DNA of 63,504 bases, filler included, from Reticulomyxa filosa (lineage: Eukaryota > Protista > Foraminifera), in the NCBI GenBank assembly GCA_000512085.1. It is 12 parts of 12 records of this genome, joined end to end, with 100 filler letters (N's around TTAATTAATTAA, not from the genome) between each part and the next. Parts side by side here need not be neighbours in the genome. Positions count along the whole stretch, not along the records: positions 31,864 to 36,576 come from ASPP01009277.1; positions 36,677 to 42,727 come from ASPP01005171.1; positions 42,828 to 47,386 come from ASPP01003509.1; 9 more parts are not named here. One strand, given 5' to 3'. Under the pieces are notes generated by a model that was given only the letters and a program-made list of their open reading frames with translations, was not told the origin of the DNA and did not search any database. Positions 36,193 through 47,386 of this stretch are shown piece by piece. The position numbers and the translations under genes are program-made. Every line of letters begins with the position of its first letter. The stretch's first letter is position 1.

Positions 36193-36515
36193 TTAGCTGT
36201 ATTCAAACAAATCAGGGTCAGTTTTTCGAAGTGAAGAAGCTCTTCCAAAGAAGTGAGCTTCGGCGACTTGTGGTTCATTGACGACATATTCTTTGGCAAG
36301 CCTTTGGACTTCAGATTCGTTCATGACATCAAACCTGCCCAAATTGGAGAGTTTGTACAGATGCATTTGCAATTCAACCATTTGGTTGAAATTGTAGTAG
36401 CGATGAAAGGCCTGTGTCACCGTGGGGGCGACAATAATTACTCCTTCATTTTTAACAACAATGGCAAATGTATTCGAAGATCCCCTCTGAGCGACTTGAA
36501 CTGCAATATTGTCAT
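36193..36515 (-). CDS. Class II aldolase/adducin-family protein, last exon
   Basis: DDNIAVQVAQRGSSNTFAIVVKNEGVIIVAPTVTQAFHRYYNFNQMVELQM fits the family C-terminal pattern (A.LL.NHG.V..G.TV..AF...Y.LE....Q). Confidence 0.55.
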
Positions 36516-39500
36516 CTATTTAAAGTTATTATTAATATTTATTATTATTTATTATTTATTATTATTTATTATTATTNNNNNNNNNNNNNNNNNNNNNNNN
36601 NNNNNNNNNNNNNNNNNNNNTTAATTAATTAANNNNNNNNNNNNNNNNNNNNNNNNNNNNNNNNNNNNNNNNNNNNATATTAATTAGTCGGCTGTTGCAA
36701 GATATTGTGTGTGTGTGTGTGTGTGTGTTATGTGCTCCAACATTTGCACATCGTTGTTGTATTCATAGACTTTGGTTTGGTGTATGCAGAAGAGATAAGA
36801 TTGCTGCGTCATTGATTATGAAAAGCAACAACATCGTGGTGGTCGATAATTGGATAGACAATTCAAAAGGCTCTCAATCATTTGGCGAAACGAGCAATTA
36901 ATTGCTTCAATGTGTTGGATGCTCTTGGTTCTGCTGTGTGAATACGTAGAAAATATCGTCAGAAGTGGATTGAATTATTCCCCCTTTCTCCTCATCTCGA
37001 AGATGCTGTCGCAGGTCGCGAATCGTTTGATTACAAAAAAACAGCTCACTATGATTCGATAAGTGGAAGGATATTATTATTGGCAAGGCCGCCACTTAAG
37101 AAATGGAGCGCAAGGGTGACAATTATTTCAATGTCACAACTCCCCAAGTTTGTTCAATGATCCAAATAATGGAATACTTGATGTGAGCATTGGCATTGAA
37201 GTCGAGGCGCGCATAGCAAGAACTTACTTTATGGCATCGCAAGGACTTGCTGTTATTCGACTGATCATTTATTTGAGCCTGTTCTCCTTTCATGTCACAT
37301 TACGTCATAAATTGTGCCTGGGTCCATTCTTGATAAAGTTTAATTATGTTATATATGTACAAGTCATATTCAATCGCTAATAGCAACATAAACATCTTTA
37401 TACGTATATATATTTACATGTTTGTGCATGTATTCCTTGAATTTTGTGAATAGATGTTCAAAAGTGCACAAATTGAGATGTAAGTGTACCACGTGTAGAT
37501 GGACACGTCGTCGCCGTTTCCATTACCATTGATGCTGCAGCGAATCCCCAGCAGCAACAGCAACAGTAGCAACATTATCGATTGTTGCAGCTCGTGAAAG
37601 TAAAAGATGACAACCTCAAGTCGAATTGTTGCTGATGGAAATAATAGTAAATCCTGGAGGCACACCACAAAGAACGCTCCTGCATTTTTCAATGAAAAAT
37701 ATTTGTTCAATGATGAATAAATTAATACTTTAGTTACGGCGCATCGAGTATGGATCATATATTGTGCTTTGAATAGTGTATGCTTTAAAAAAAAAAATGA
37801 AGATCAATGTAATGTGGGTACATGATGTACTGAAAGGAATCGAACAATTTGAATGTTGTGCTTGTTATTTCGTGATTATATACGCAACCTATGTTCAAGT
37901 TATAATGTTTTCTTATAATGTGATTGAAAGATATTTGAGACTTATATGATCAATACACACGTATAACATACATCTCCAAATAATCCAAGACTAGTCTATC
38001 GAGCAATTAAGAAATAGTTGCGGTGCCAGCAAGCAAAGATAGAATTGAACTTCAAACAAGATCAAAGTTGGTGGCATATTCGGTCTCAAGGCGTTATCAT
38101 ATTTGGCTTGTGTCTCAAATTTCTTGAGCCATTCACACAGAAAAAATTTCTGTCTTTTTGTATTGAATTTTGTGTTGTGATTTTTTGCAATTTTAATTCA
38201 ATAGCTCCAATTCTCCAGCTCACTTGATATATCTCTAATCCCAAAACTAAATTGTCAATATTTCGCACAAAATTTCTAATTGAATATTTTTGAGTTTCAT
38301 TTTATTATGACTGTAAATAAACAATCGAGAAAACTACAGTGATGTCGAAAATATGCAAATAGACTCTGTTTGGCTTAACTGAAAGGCTATATGAAGCATC
38401 GAAGCTTATATTCTTCGCCGAAATATCCAATTTGTCGGAGTTGCATAATTGTGGATTACGATCGTTGGAATGGCGGATTGACTATGAATTTTACCTTACA
38501 GTCTTTGGCCGACAAAATGATTCCTCGCGTCTTGAGTGCTGACGATTTTGTTGATTATTGCCACCTATATCAACGATATTTGGTATGTGTCAGAGTTTGT
38601 TTTGCTTGTTCGGTAACACTGATGAATATCGATGTTGAATTGATGTCCATGAGTGTTCATGCGTTGCGATCAACCGAAATTGTGTATATTATCATGTTAT
38701 TTGTTTGGTCGTATTGGAACAGCATTTTATAGTTGGAGTCCATTGAAATTCTATCCACAAAAAAAGTTACAAATATTTTATCGTTATAAAATGTCTAACT
38801 TACACCATAAATGCGTTTATTATTTGTTGAATACATTAATTTCTTCTTTCTTTTATCTTTTGAAGACTCGTTCAAAGTACGGTGTATACGTACATATATG
38901 TATGTACTTGAAAAATTGTTTCAGCTTTGTTTGTTTGGTTGGTTTTGGTATTTGTTTTATATACCCTTTTCTTCATGGCTCTCTGACAGTGATTGATAAG
39001 ATGTAACTGAATTTTATTTTTTTGGATGCTAAATTCTGTGAATGGTAAGTATAAATTAGGATTGGTAAATAATAATATGAAAAAATTAAAATGAAAAACA
39101 AAAAGTTACGCAAATATTACGTTTCAATACTTTTTAGTTATTCAAAGCTAAAGGAATTTCTGTTTTTAATTATCTTCAGTTGACGTAACATCACAAAATA
39201 TAAAATAAGTCCCAAATATGGCACCCAGTATTATCATGCCAATCAATTCAATATGTGCACTTGTTGACAGAGAATATTGCAGTGAATTATTCTGTAATAT
39301 TTAAAAGGTTTAAAGATGGACGTACAGTTAGGTTCAAAAAAAAAATTGAAAATTTTTACCTGTAAACTTTCTTTATTTTGTTTAGATTTAGTTATTGGTG
39401 CTTGAGATTTTTTTCCTACTTTTTGTACTTTGTTTTGTTTTATTTAGAGTCAATTTTAAGTTTAGTTTCCAATTTTTTTTAGGGAAATTTTTACTCACCT

Positions 39501-40464
39501 ATTTTACTTTGCTTAATTGCATTGTTATTGTTTCTTTCTTGTACTTTCAGTGAAGAAATTTTGGTATTATCCGGACACTTCACTTTTTGTTTTTGTCTCT
39601 GATCAAAATCGTTGACACGAACTTGTTGCCCAAGATTTTTCATCGTGGTTGAGGTTGGCAATACAAAGTTAGTTGGCAGATTGATAAGGCTTACCTTATC
39701 ATTTGAATTTAAAATTTTTCTTTTGCTTGACGGATCTATTAAAAATTTTTATTTATGTGTTTTGTTTTTATTGTAACTTTTTTTTTGAAGCAAAACTCAG
39801 TAAATGCATTTTTTAAGATGAAATTACCTTTTGATGATTCACAGGTTAGAAAGTTGTACGAAACATTGCCGAAAAACAACTCAGGGTTGATACTTTGTTG
39901 TTGGCTGTTAGAGGAAAGTAAAAATTTTTCCACAAGTGCTGCGTCAGACCCAACAAAAAACTGAAAAAATACAAATATTAAAGTTTAATCATCGCAAGCT
40001 TTATTTTGTAATTAGCAACAAAAAGGAATGGCGTCATTATATTACATTCAATCCATTGTGTTTAAATTTTAGTTTTGTTTAAAATGTGCTCTGCAAAAGA
40101 GATGATTAGAAACAGTACAATGAAAGGACTAATATGTATTAGTTTCTGTATGATCCAAACATCTTTTACAAGATTCCATCACGAAATTAATCCAATCAAA
40201 ATGCAAATTGCTTAAATAGATAAAAAAAGACAAAACACTCACAGTAAAACAATATTAAAATTTTTCCTAAAAGGAGAGATGGAAAGAAAAGAAAGAGGAT
40301 ATCCTCAATTTGTCATCCATCAACTCCACAACATGTGTCCTCATTCCATTCTTATACACCCGCAGCATTCACATAAAATAAAAAACTAAAATAACTCGCA
40401 TATACAATGCAAAAAAAAAATCAAAAATACAAAAAAACAATGCAACATAACATAGAAACCTTAA

Positions 40465-42727
40465 TCAAGAAACGAGAAGGTTATTGATAGACCTAGTTTT
40501 GGAAACCAAAGATGTTAACAAAGTTTCAACAGATTTCGATACCCCGTTGGAGGGTATTGACTTTTGGATATATCCTAATCTTTCTAGCAAAGGATAAATA
40601 GATGTAATATTCATACGTTTCACGGCAGCAGTGGCCTAATATCATTTATTTTTGTTTTTAGTAAAAAGTATTTATACGTATTGTAAACAATAGAAATTCG
40701 CATTTCAAACTTGTTTTGTTTTTGTTTTCTTTGAAAAAAAAAATCAACTTTTTGGTTATGATAAATGAGTTTCCACAATAATGTGGCCAATGACAATTTG
40801 ATGGAAAGAGAGTGAAGAACCTTGTTTTGATCTGATTCCGGCCAAAAATTGAATGCTATTTTGTTGTGGCTTTTGATAGTTTGCAGGATTTCATTTTCAT
40901 AATTTTGATCAATTAAAACATTGAATATTTTGATGATCAATTGTTCATTTAGATAAAACGCGGTTTTGAATGACTCATTAAAGCTTAAGTTGCAAAAATA
41001 CTCACAATTATACCGTAAAAACTCCGAATCAATAATATCAAACCATGCCACCATTTTGTTCAATTTCGCGGGCACTGCCAAGTACAAAATGTGCATAAAG
41101 CAAACAAGAAAATTATGTACAGTACATTAGTTATTACACGCGAAAACGCGTACACGTGTTTTTTTTTCCCCAACGTTTTTACAAAAACAGAAACATAGAA
41201 CACATAGCAAATAAAGATATATTACAAAAGTGATTGGCAATGACATTTTGCCCCAAATCAGTCAAAGCCAAATTACATAAGAGTTTAATACAACACAATC
41301 TTTTTTGCTGCAATGTCGACTTTTTTTGGCTGTATTGGATCAGCGCTACGCAGTTTTCCAACAAATTCTTGGAATGTCGTGTTGTGTGCATTTTATTCCA
41401 CTGCAAAGTTGATGTCCACAAGCGAGAATCAAACTTGGTAATGAGACAATGAATGCCCTCGCTATATAGTATCATTGATTGCAACAAATCGAAGCACAAA
41501 TGATAAGTCGAATATTCCGTACTTGACGCAAACGCTTCGCGCATCACACTGTACAAAAACGAATGACCATTTGCAAGTCTTTTTTTCTTGTCCACGTTTT
41601 TTCGCATTTCACCGGACAGCAACGCATGCTTTCCTTCGTTGCAATGAGAAGACATATTAATACAAATTTTCAATACACTGTCATGAATCGAATGATATAG
41701 TGGGTTGTTTTCATATAGTGTTGACGGATACAAACGCATTACTATTTCTCCAATATTTTTAGAAACCAATTGTTCTTTTTTTTTTTACATATGCATACAC
41801 ACGTATTTATTTAATTTCTTTTTTTTTTTTTTTTTTGCACAAAAAAAAAAAACAGGTATTGCATTGTCGCTTTGGACAGATGATAAAGTAACTTTGATAT
41901 CTTTTGGTGCAGAAAACAAATAGTTTTGAACAAACTGTAGCAATCGATACAGTTCCAAGGCTATTCGTTTTGCCTTCAAAAAAGGCTCAGGTTGAGTGGA
42001 TGATTCCTCACTCGATGACTGTCGCGAATTGATTGTAGATATCCCAATAATGATTTCATTGTCACTTTGGTTTGGTGATACCGTTTCAATGGCCGATATT
42101 TGAGGCTGTGAAGAAACATGATGCAGCGAACTCGATTGCATCTGTTTTGCGCTCAAAGTAGTGGTATGCATGCGCTTGGGCGAGGTGTGTCCATATAAAT
42201 GTTGCGCCAGCAAAATGTATAAGCCACTCATTTGGGACAACCTCGTTGTTAGCCAATGCAAGAAATCGCCGTATTTGGAATGATAGGCGAGCAGGGTTTT
42301 TGACATTTCGGATACCGACAATATTGATCCTAGAGTGCTATAGAACTCAGATAGCAAATTTGTAGTCCCGTTCTCTTCGTTACTGGCTAAATCAAACTCT
42401 TGGGTTCTTTGATTAGTATATGTACATATATGTATATACATATATATATATATTATTTTTTTTTTTAGTTGCAATGTTATATTTTGAATAAATTTAACTT
42501 TTGAATCAGTCCTTCGGACAAACAATCAACAATGCATTTCAATGACTTTGACATTGGTCTATCTTGCTGGCGGCAACTTGTGTCGAGTTGTTGATTGGAT
42601 ATTTTGTTTGTATCTTTGATCGAAAGTTGGACTTCACGACTCAAGGCATATGTTTGACAATACATCGATAACATTCCGAGTATACTCTGCGTCACTTGCT
42701 CGTTTCTATGACAAATAAGAGATCCAC
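40465..42727 (-). CDS. RTTN: Rotatin (centriole/basal body armadillo-like protein), 3' part
   Basis: CIKLLCNLALTDLGQNVI, FCNLSFNESFKTAFYLNEQLI and LATLLWKLIYHNQK|ATAAVK parallel the rotatin C-terminus as I recall it ([50 protein letters not shown]). Stop TGA at 40467-40465. Confidence 0.75.
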
Positions 42728-42827
42728 NNNNNNNNNNNNNNNNNNNNNNNNNNNNNNNNNNNNNNNNNNNNTTAATTAATTAANNNNNNNNNNNNNNNNN
42801 NNNNNNNNNNNNNNNNNNNNNNNNNNN

Positions 42828-44725
42828 TCAACTATTTGTTATTGCAAATATTGCATCATTACATAGATATGGCTATGTGTGTGTCAATAATGATATCTTA
42901 TTCTTTGGTGGATGTTATTATGACCATCACAAGAATATTATTTCAAGTGGAGTATTTAAGTATTCCATTCGAGAAAACGAATGGACAATATGTTACAACA
43001 CTTTGCCCAGTCCGTTGGGCTCGTGTTTCGCAGTATTGAATGAAGACAATACATATGTGCATATTATTGGAGGATGTAATGAAGAAATGGATCCTGTGTC
43101 AACACATATGAAAATTCAAGTGAATGAATGGTTAACTAAAGGAATATTGAAAAAAGCAACTGACTTGTACTTTGAAGAAGAAAAAAAAGAGGAAGACCAA
43201 CAAAAAAATGTTCAGCACTACTTTTTCTGTTGTAGAGATATTACAAATGAAAAAATATACATATACATATACATATATATATATATTTTTTTTTTTTGTA
43301 AACTAACAAAAAGCAATACAATAATAAATTACAAATTTCATGTCATTTTTTATTTGTGATAGTATACGAAGGAAACAGAAATGTACAATGTTAGTAATAT
43401 ATTTTCTTTTGTCTTTTTTTTTTTTTTTATAATTGTATTGTATTCTATATGTTAAATAATAATAAAAATAGGGAAAAGTCAAAGGATTGGAAAAATGGTG
43501 GAATCAAATAAACCAAAAAGGAAAAGCGGAAATAGCTACAAACTTTAAAACAATGTCAAGTGAACGATTTGAAGCATGGTTATTGCTTGACTCCGACTGG
43601 GGATATGCACTCACAAAAAATGATATTAATACCATTTGCCTTTTTATTGAAGCTGACACACCTTTGCCAAAAAGAATAGAGGTTAATTAATTCTGCACTT
43701 TTTTTAAAACTTTTATCTTTGATCAAATGAAGATAACACACAAAAATATATAATAGTTTACAGCATATCTGATATTCAACAATGATAAAAAAATGATAAA
43801 AATGGGAGAGCTGACCTTTAAAGAACTCCTTCGTCACGTTTATACAATTTTGGATCAAACGATTTCCCAAGAAATCGATGAGAATTCAAAACTACAATTG
43901 GTCGATATGGGGAATGACATTATTGAATCAGATGAAGCTGTGAAGAGAGCATTTGAAAATTATATGTCTGTATTCACAATTATTTGGACTCAAATTCAAC
44001 GACCAGTAACATTTGAGGAAACAAAAATCATAAAAAACCCATTGGTTGTAATGCTTGTCATTAGTAAATACAAATATAACAGAAAATGGCCCAATCTTCA
44101 ACATTCCAAAGACACCGATATCAACAATTTTCGCCATATATTTCAACAAGAATTGAATTATAAATTTGTATGCAATACAAAAACCAAGATGAACAAACAG
44201 GATGTGCACACATTTTTGAATGGAGTAATCTTTAATTACAAACTTTACCAAAATACGGATAACTATGATGCACTAATATTGATAATCTCAGGACATGGGG
44301 ATAAAGGAAATGTATTAGTATCAAGTAATGGAGAATATATACCAATTGACGAAATTACATCACTTTTTAGTTGCAATCAAATGGAATCTTTCAGGAATTA
44401 TCCTAAAATATGTATCATTGATGTTTGTTGTCATAATCTTCCTCGAAGTACAAATAGCTTGTGTTTTAGTTTGTATAATTGTAATGGCTTTTTCGTGACA
44501 CGCTCAACAATAAAAAGCTATCAAATAAAAAAGTTGCCATTATTCAGTGAAAGCGTGAAAGAAAAAGTTATTTCAACATATAAGACTGGTTATTCTTTAA
44601 AGCAAATGTTCAGAGAAATTCAAGCAAGTATTAAGGAAAATGGTAATGATGAATTGCATTGTGTGGAAAATCAAGACAAAGCTGATTATGAAATCGTCCT
44701 TCAAAAAAGAACAGATGATAATTAA
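42828..44725 (+). CDS. Kelch repeat + PB1-like + caspase-like (peptidase C14) protein, 5' truncated
   Basis: Kelch exon 42828-~43210 (ILFFGG, VHIIGG, STHMK), helical exon ~43472-43681, terminal exon to 44725. That exon carries PB1-like LVDMGNDIIESDEAV and caspase motifs LVVMLVISKY, DINNFRHIF, LILIISGHG (His, 44294) and PKICIIDVCC (Cys, 44426). Confidence 0.82.
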
Positions 44726-46393
44726 TTCATTTGAGACTTTTATTTTCCTTTTTTTGGACTGAGTTATTTTTTTTTTGTTCGTTTCAAGTATTTGGAATAT
44801 TCAAATGGCTCTAATTAATTACTTTGTTTTGTTGTACCTACAAAAACGAATTACACGCTTCTTGCATGATAAATCGATTAAAATAAAAAAAAAGGAAATA
44901 AAAAAATTGACAGTCTAAAAGCCTAGGGCTTGGAATTTTTTTTAAAAACAGATCAGATAGGAAAAAAAAAGTAATGAACAAAGAAATTCAGTCATTCAAT
45001 GAATATTTGTCTTTTGTTCATAGTACAATGTTGCAACTTCTTGTAAGTTGTGTATTTTTTTGAAGATAACTAATAAATCAAATAAGCAATGCAATTACAA
45101 TAAAATGTATCCAGCAACTTTTGAGACACAATAAATTCAAAACTTATTTGTTTACATACCAATTAAATTTTTTTGTTAATGAAGTTACCAAACAAAAAAA
45201 AGCAGAAAGTAGTAAAAAAAACAACTGACTTGTTGTAGTTTTGCTATTTATTGCTTCTTGAAATGTATTTGTTGACATTAAGTGCTTAAAAAAAAGTAGC
45301 TGTTTTGTAGTTTTTCGGCATGTTGACTCGATGGCCTTCTACGCATAATTGCTTCATTTTATAAGGACTTTCCTTTTTTTCAATCACAATGAAAACATTG
45401 AAAGATAATATTTTAAAAAAGATCTGAATTTAGGTATAAAAATGGTTCACAGCTTTATTACGAAAATTTAACAAATAAAATCCAATCAACGCAATAAAGT
45501 AAGCCATTGTTGCGTGAAAAGTCAACACATCATATTTCTTTTCAACGCATAGCCAGTTCATTAAGTATTATTGTAAATGAGAATCTTTTTTTAAATTTTT
45601 GTGACATCTTTTCATCAAATACAAAAAATGCACGTAATGCAATTTCAAAGACAACGCGTATTTTTTTCAGTTTCACGAGACTTTTCCTTTTCCCCCTTGC
45701 TGGCTGTTTTACGTATTCAATCTTAATCTTGTTATCCGCGGGCAAAACACCTGCTATCTGTGCATCTTTTAGCACATTGCAAACCCACTACTACGACAAG
45801 TAACTTTGCAATACTTTTTCCAACACCACAAAAAAAAAAAGAATAAAATTTCATACAACATAATCTTTCATACTTATTTGTAAAATTGAAGGAACACAAC
45901 AAACGAGTTTTCTTTGTGTCTTATGTACAATAGGTATTTGAAGAAATCAAATTTCATTTCGAGGTTTTGGCAAAGCGAGAGTTTTTTTGTTTTGTTTCTT
46001 TTTTTCGTGAAAGCGCATCCAACTTGCAAGATTTTTTTTCCCTTCACTTTCCTATCCTCAAAAAAAAACGTGCATATCGTTTTTAGAAAAGTTATGCAAT
46101 TGCGATACAGCAAAGAAGGCACAATGAAATGCTTTGAGGTTGGTTTCATTTTTTTTTTTTTTTTTTGATAAAAGGGAAGATAATAAATTATATTAATTTA
46201 TTTTTTTGTTGTTTGTTTATTTTTGGAATGCAAAAAGAAAACAATGATCAGGAATGCTCGCCCTTTTGGTACGCTGTCCATGGAAATAAACTCGGGAGGT
46301 GTTGATAATAGTGCACCACTTGAAATATTTCCTGTTTACTCTCAAAATACAAGTTAAATATTATTGGTATGTATGGTTGTATAAAATAAAGAA

Positions 46394-47386
46394 ATGGTGT
46401 CAAACTGTATTTCAATAGAAAAGGTGAAATGTAATGGAGGCATGCAAGACAATAACGATAACAATAACAATGATAAGAATGAAAAAGATCAGAAATATGT
46501 CAAAGAGATAAAAACATTGATCCGATTATTCGGAGAATCGATCAACGAAGAAGAGCTGCAGAAAAAAATTGCACATCGTAATGGAGATATTGAATCGGTG
46601 ATCAAAGACATTGCCAACAATTTGTTGAAAAGGAGGTACTGAAATAATTTTTAGAAGATATAATTTTCTTTTTTATTTGTGTTAACATAAAAAAAAAATA
46701 GGATAAATCAGAAGCAGAGCACAAAAGTAATAATAAATTGGAGGATGTAGAACAGGTAAATAACAAATTTATTTTATTTGTTTGTTTCAAGGATAAACAA
46801 TTTATTTTGTTTGTTTGTTTGAATAATGAATAGAAACAAGAACAAGGAAATAGTTTGAATGGAAATAACAAAATTGTACAAAAAGAAATGGAAAAACAGA
46901 AATTGGAGAAACAAAACCAGGAATTAATTTACAAGGATATTGCAACAACGAAACCTGCTTGGCATCAACAGCCCAATTACCAGTATGGATAAATATTGGA
47001 TTTGATAATATTACATTCATTTCAGACAAGACATCATTTAATTGTCCTGATTGCAAAAAAACAACAGTAGCGTTTATTATCAAAGCAATGTTCTACAATT
47101 CTGAACACTCTATTTGTGCAAGTGGTGATTCAATGCCTGTGAAGGATAACAACTATCACTGTTCATATTCAATCAAATCTGGATTGTCTTATGAATTAAA
47201 GGCAAACAAAATAAGACAGCATGCAAAGAGTATTGAAGATTTGAGAGACAGGAGTGAACACGCAATGAACAGTATTGAAATTAGAAATTTGGTGACAGAA
47301 TTACAGAAATATGAGATCACCGTTGTGAAGCCACCTAGTTTGAAAGGAAATGAAAGATTATTGGAAAAGATCCAAGCAGATTATGG
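46394..47386 (+). CDS. UBA-like + Cys-rich Zn-binding domain + start of RelA/SpoT-like nucleotidyltransferase domain (3' truncated; two apparent 1-nt frameshifts)
   Basis: Exons ~46394-46635, 46702-46755 and 46834-47386. PGINLQGYCNNETCLA...VWINIGF...CPDC, then PPSLKGNERLLEKIQADYG at the contig end. Frameshifts near 46614 and ~46870-46896. Confidence 0.6.

Noticed and set aside
36677-38760. Coding-like fragments (also 32100-33000, 39180-40370 and 60140-62088)
   Set aside because: Short, stop-riddled frames with no recognisable motif. Probably pseudogene debris or a small multi-exon gene, but no call is supportable.
46252-46322. GC-richer patch resembling the U2 snRNA 5' end (CTCGCCCTTTTGG)
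   Set aside because: Lacks the GTGTAGTA branch-pairing sequence and Sm site.
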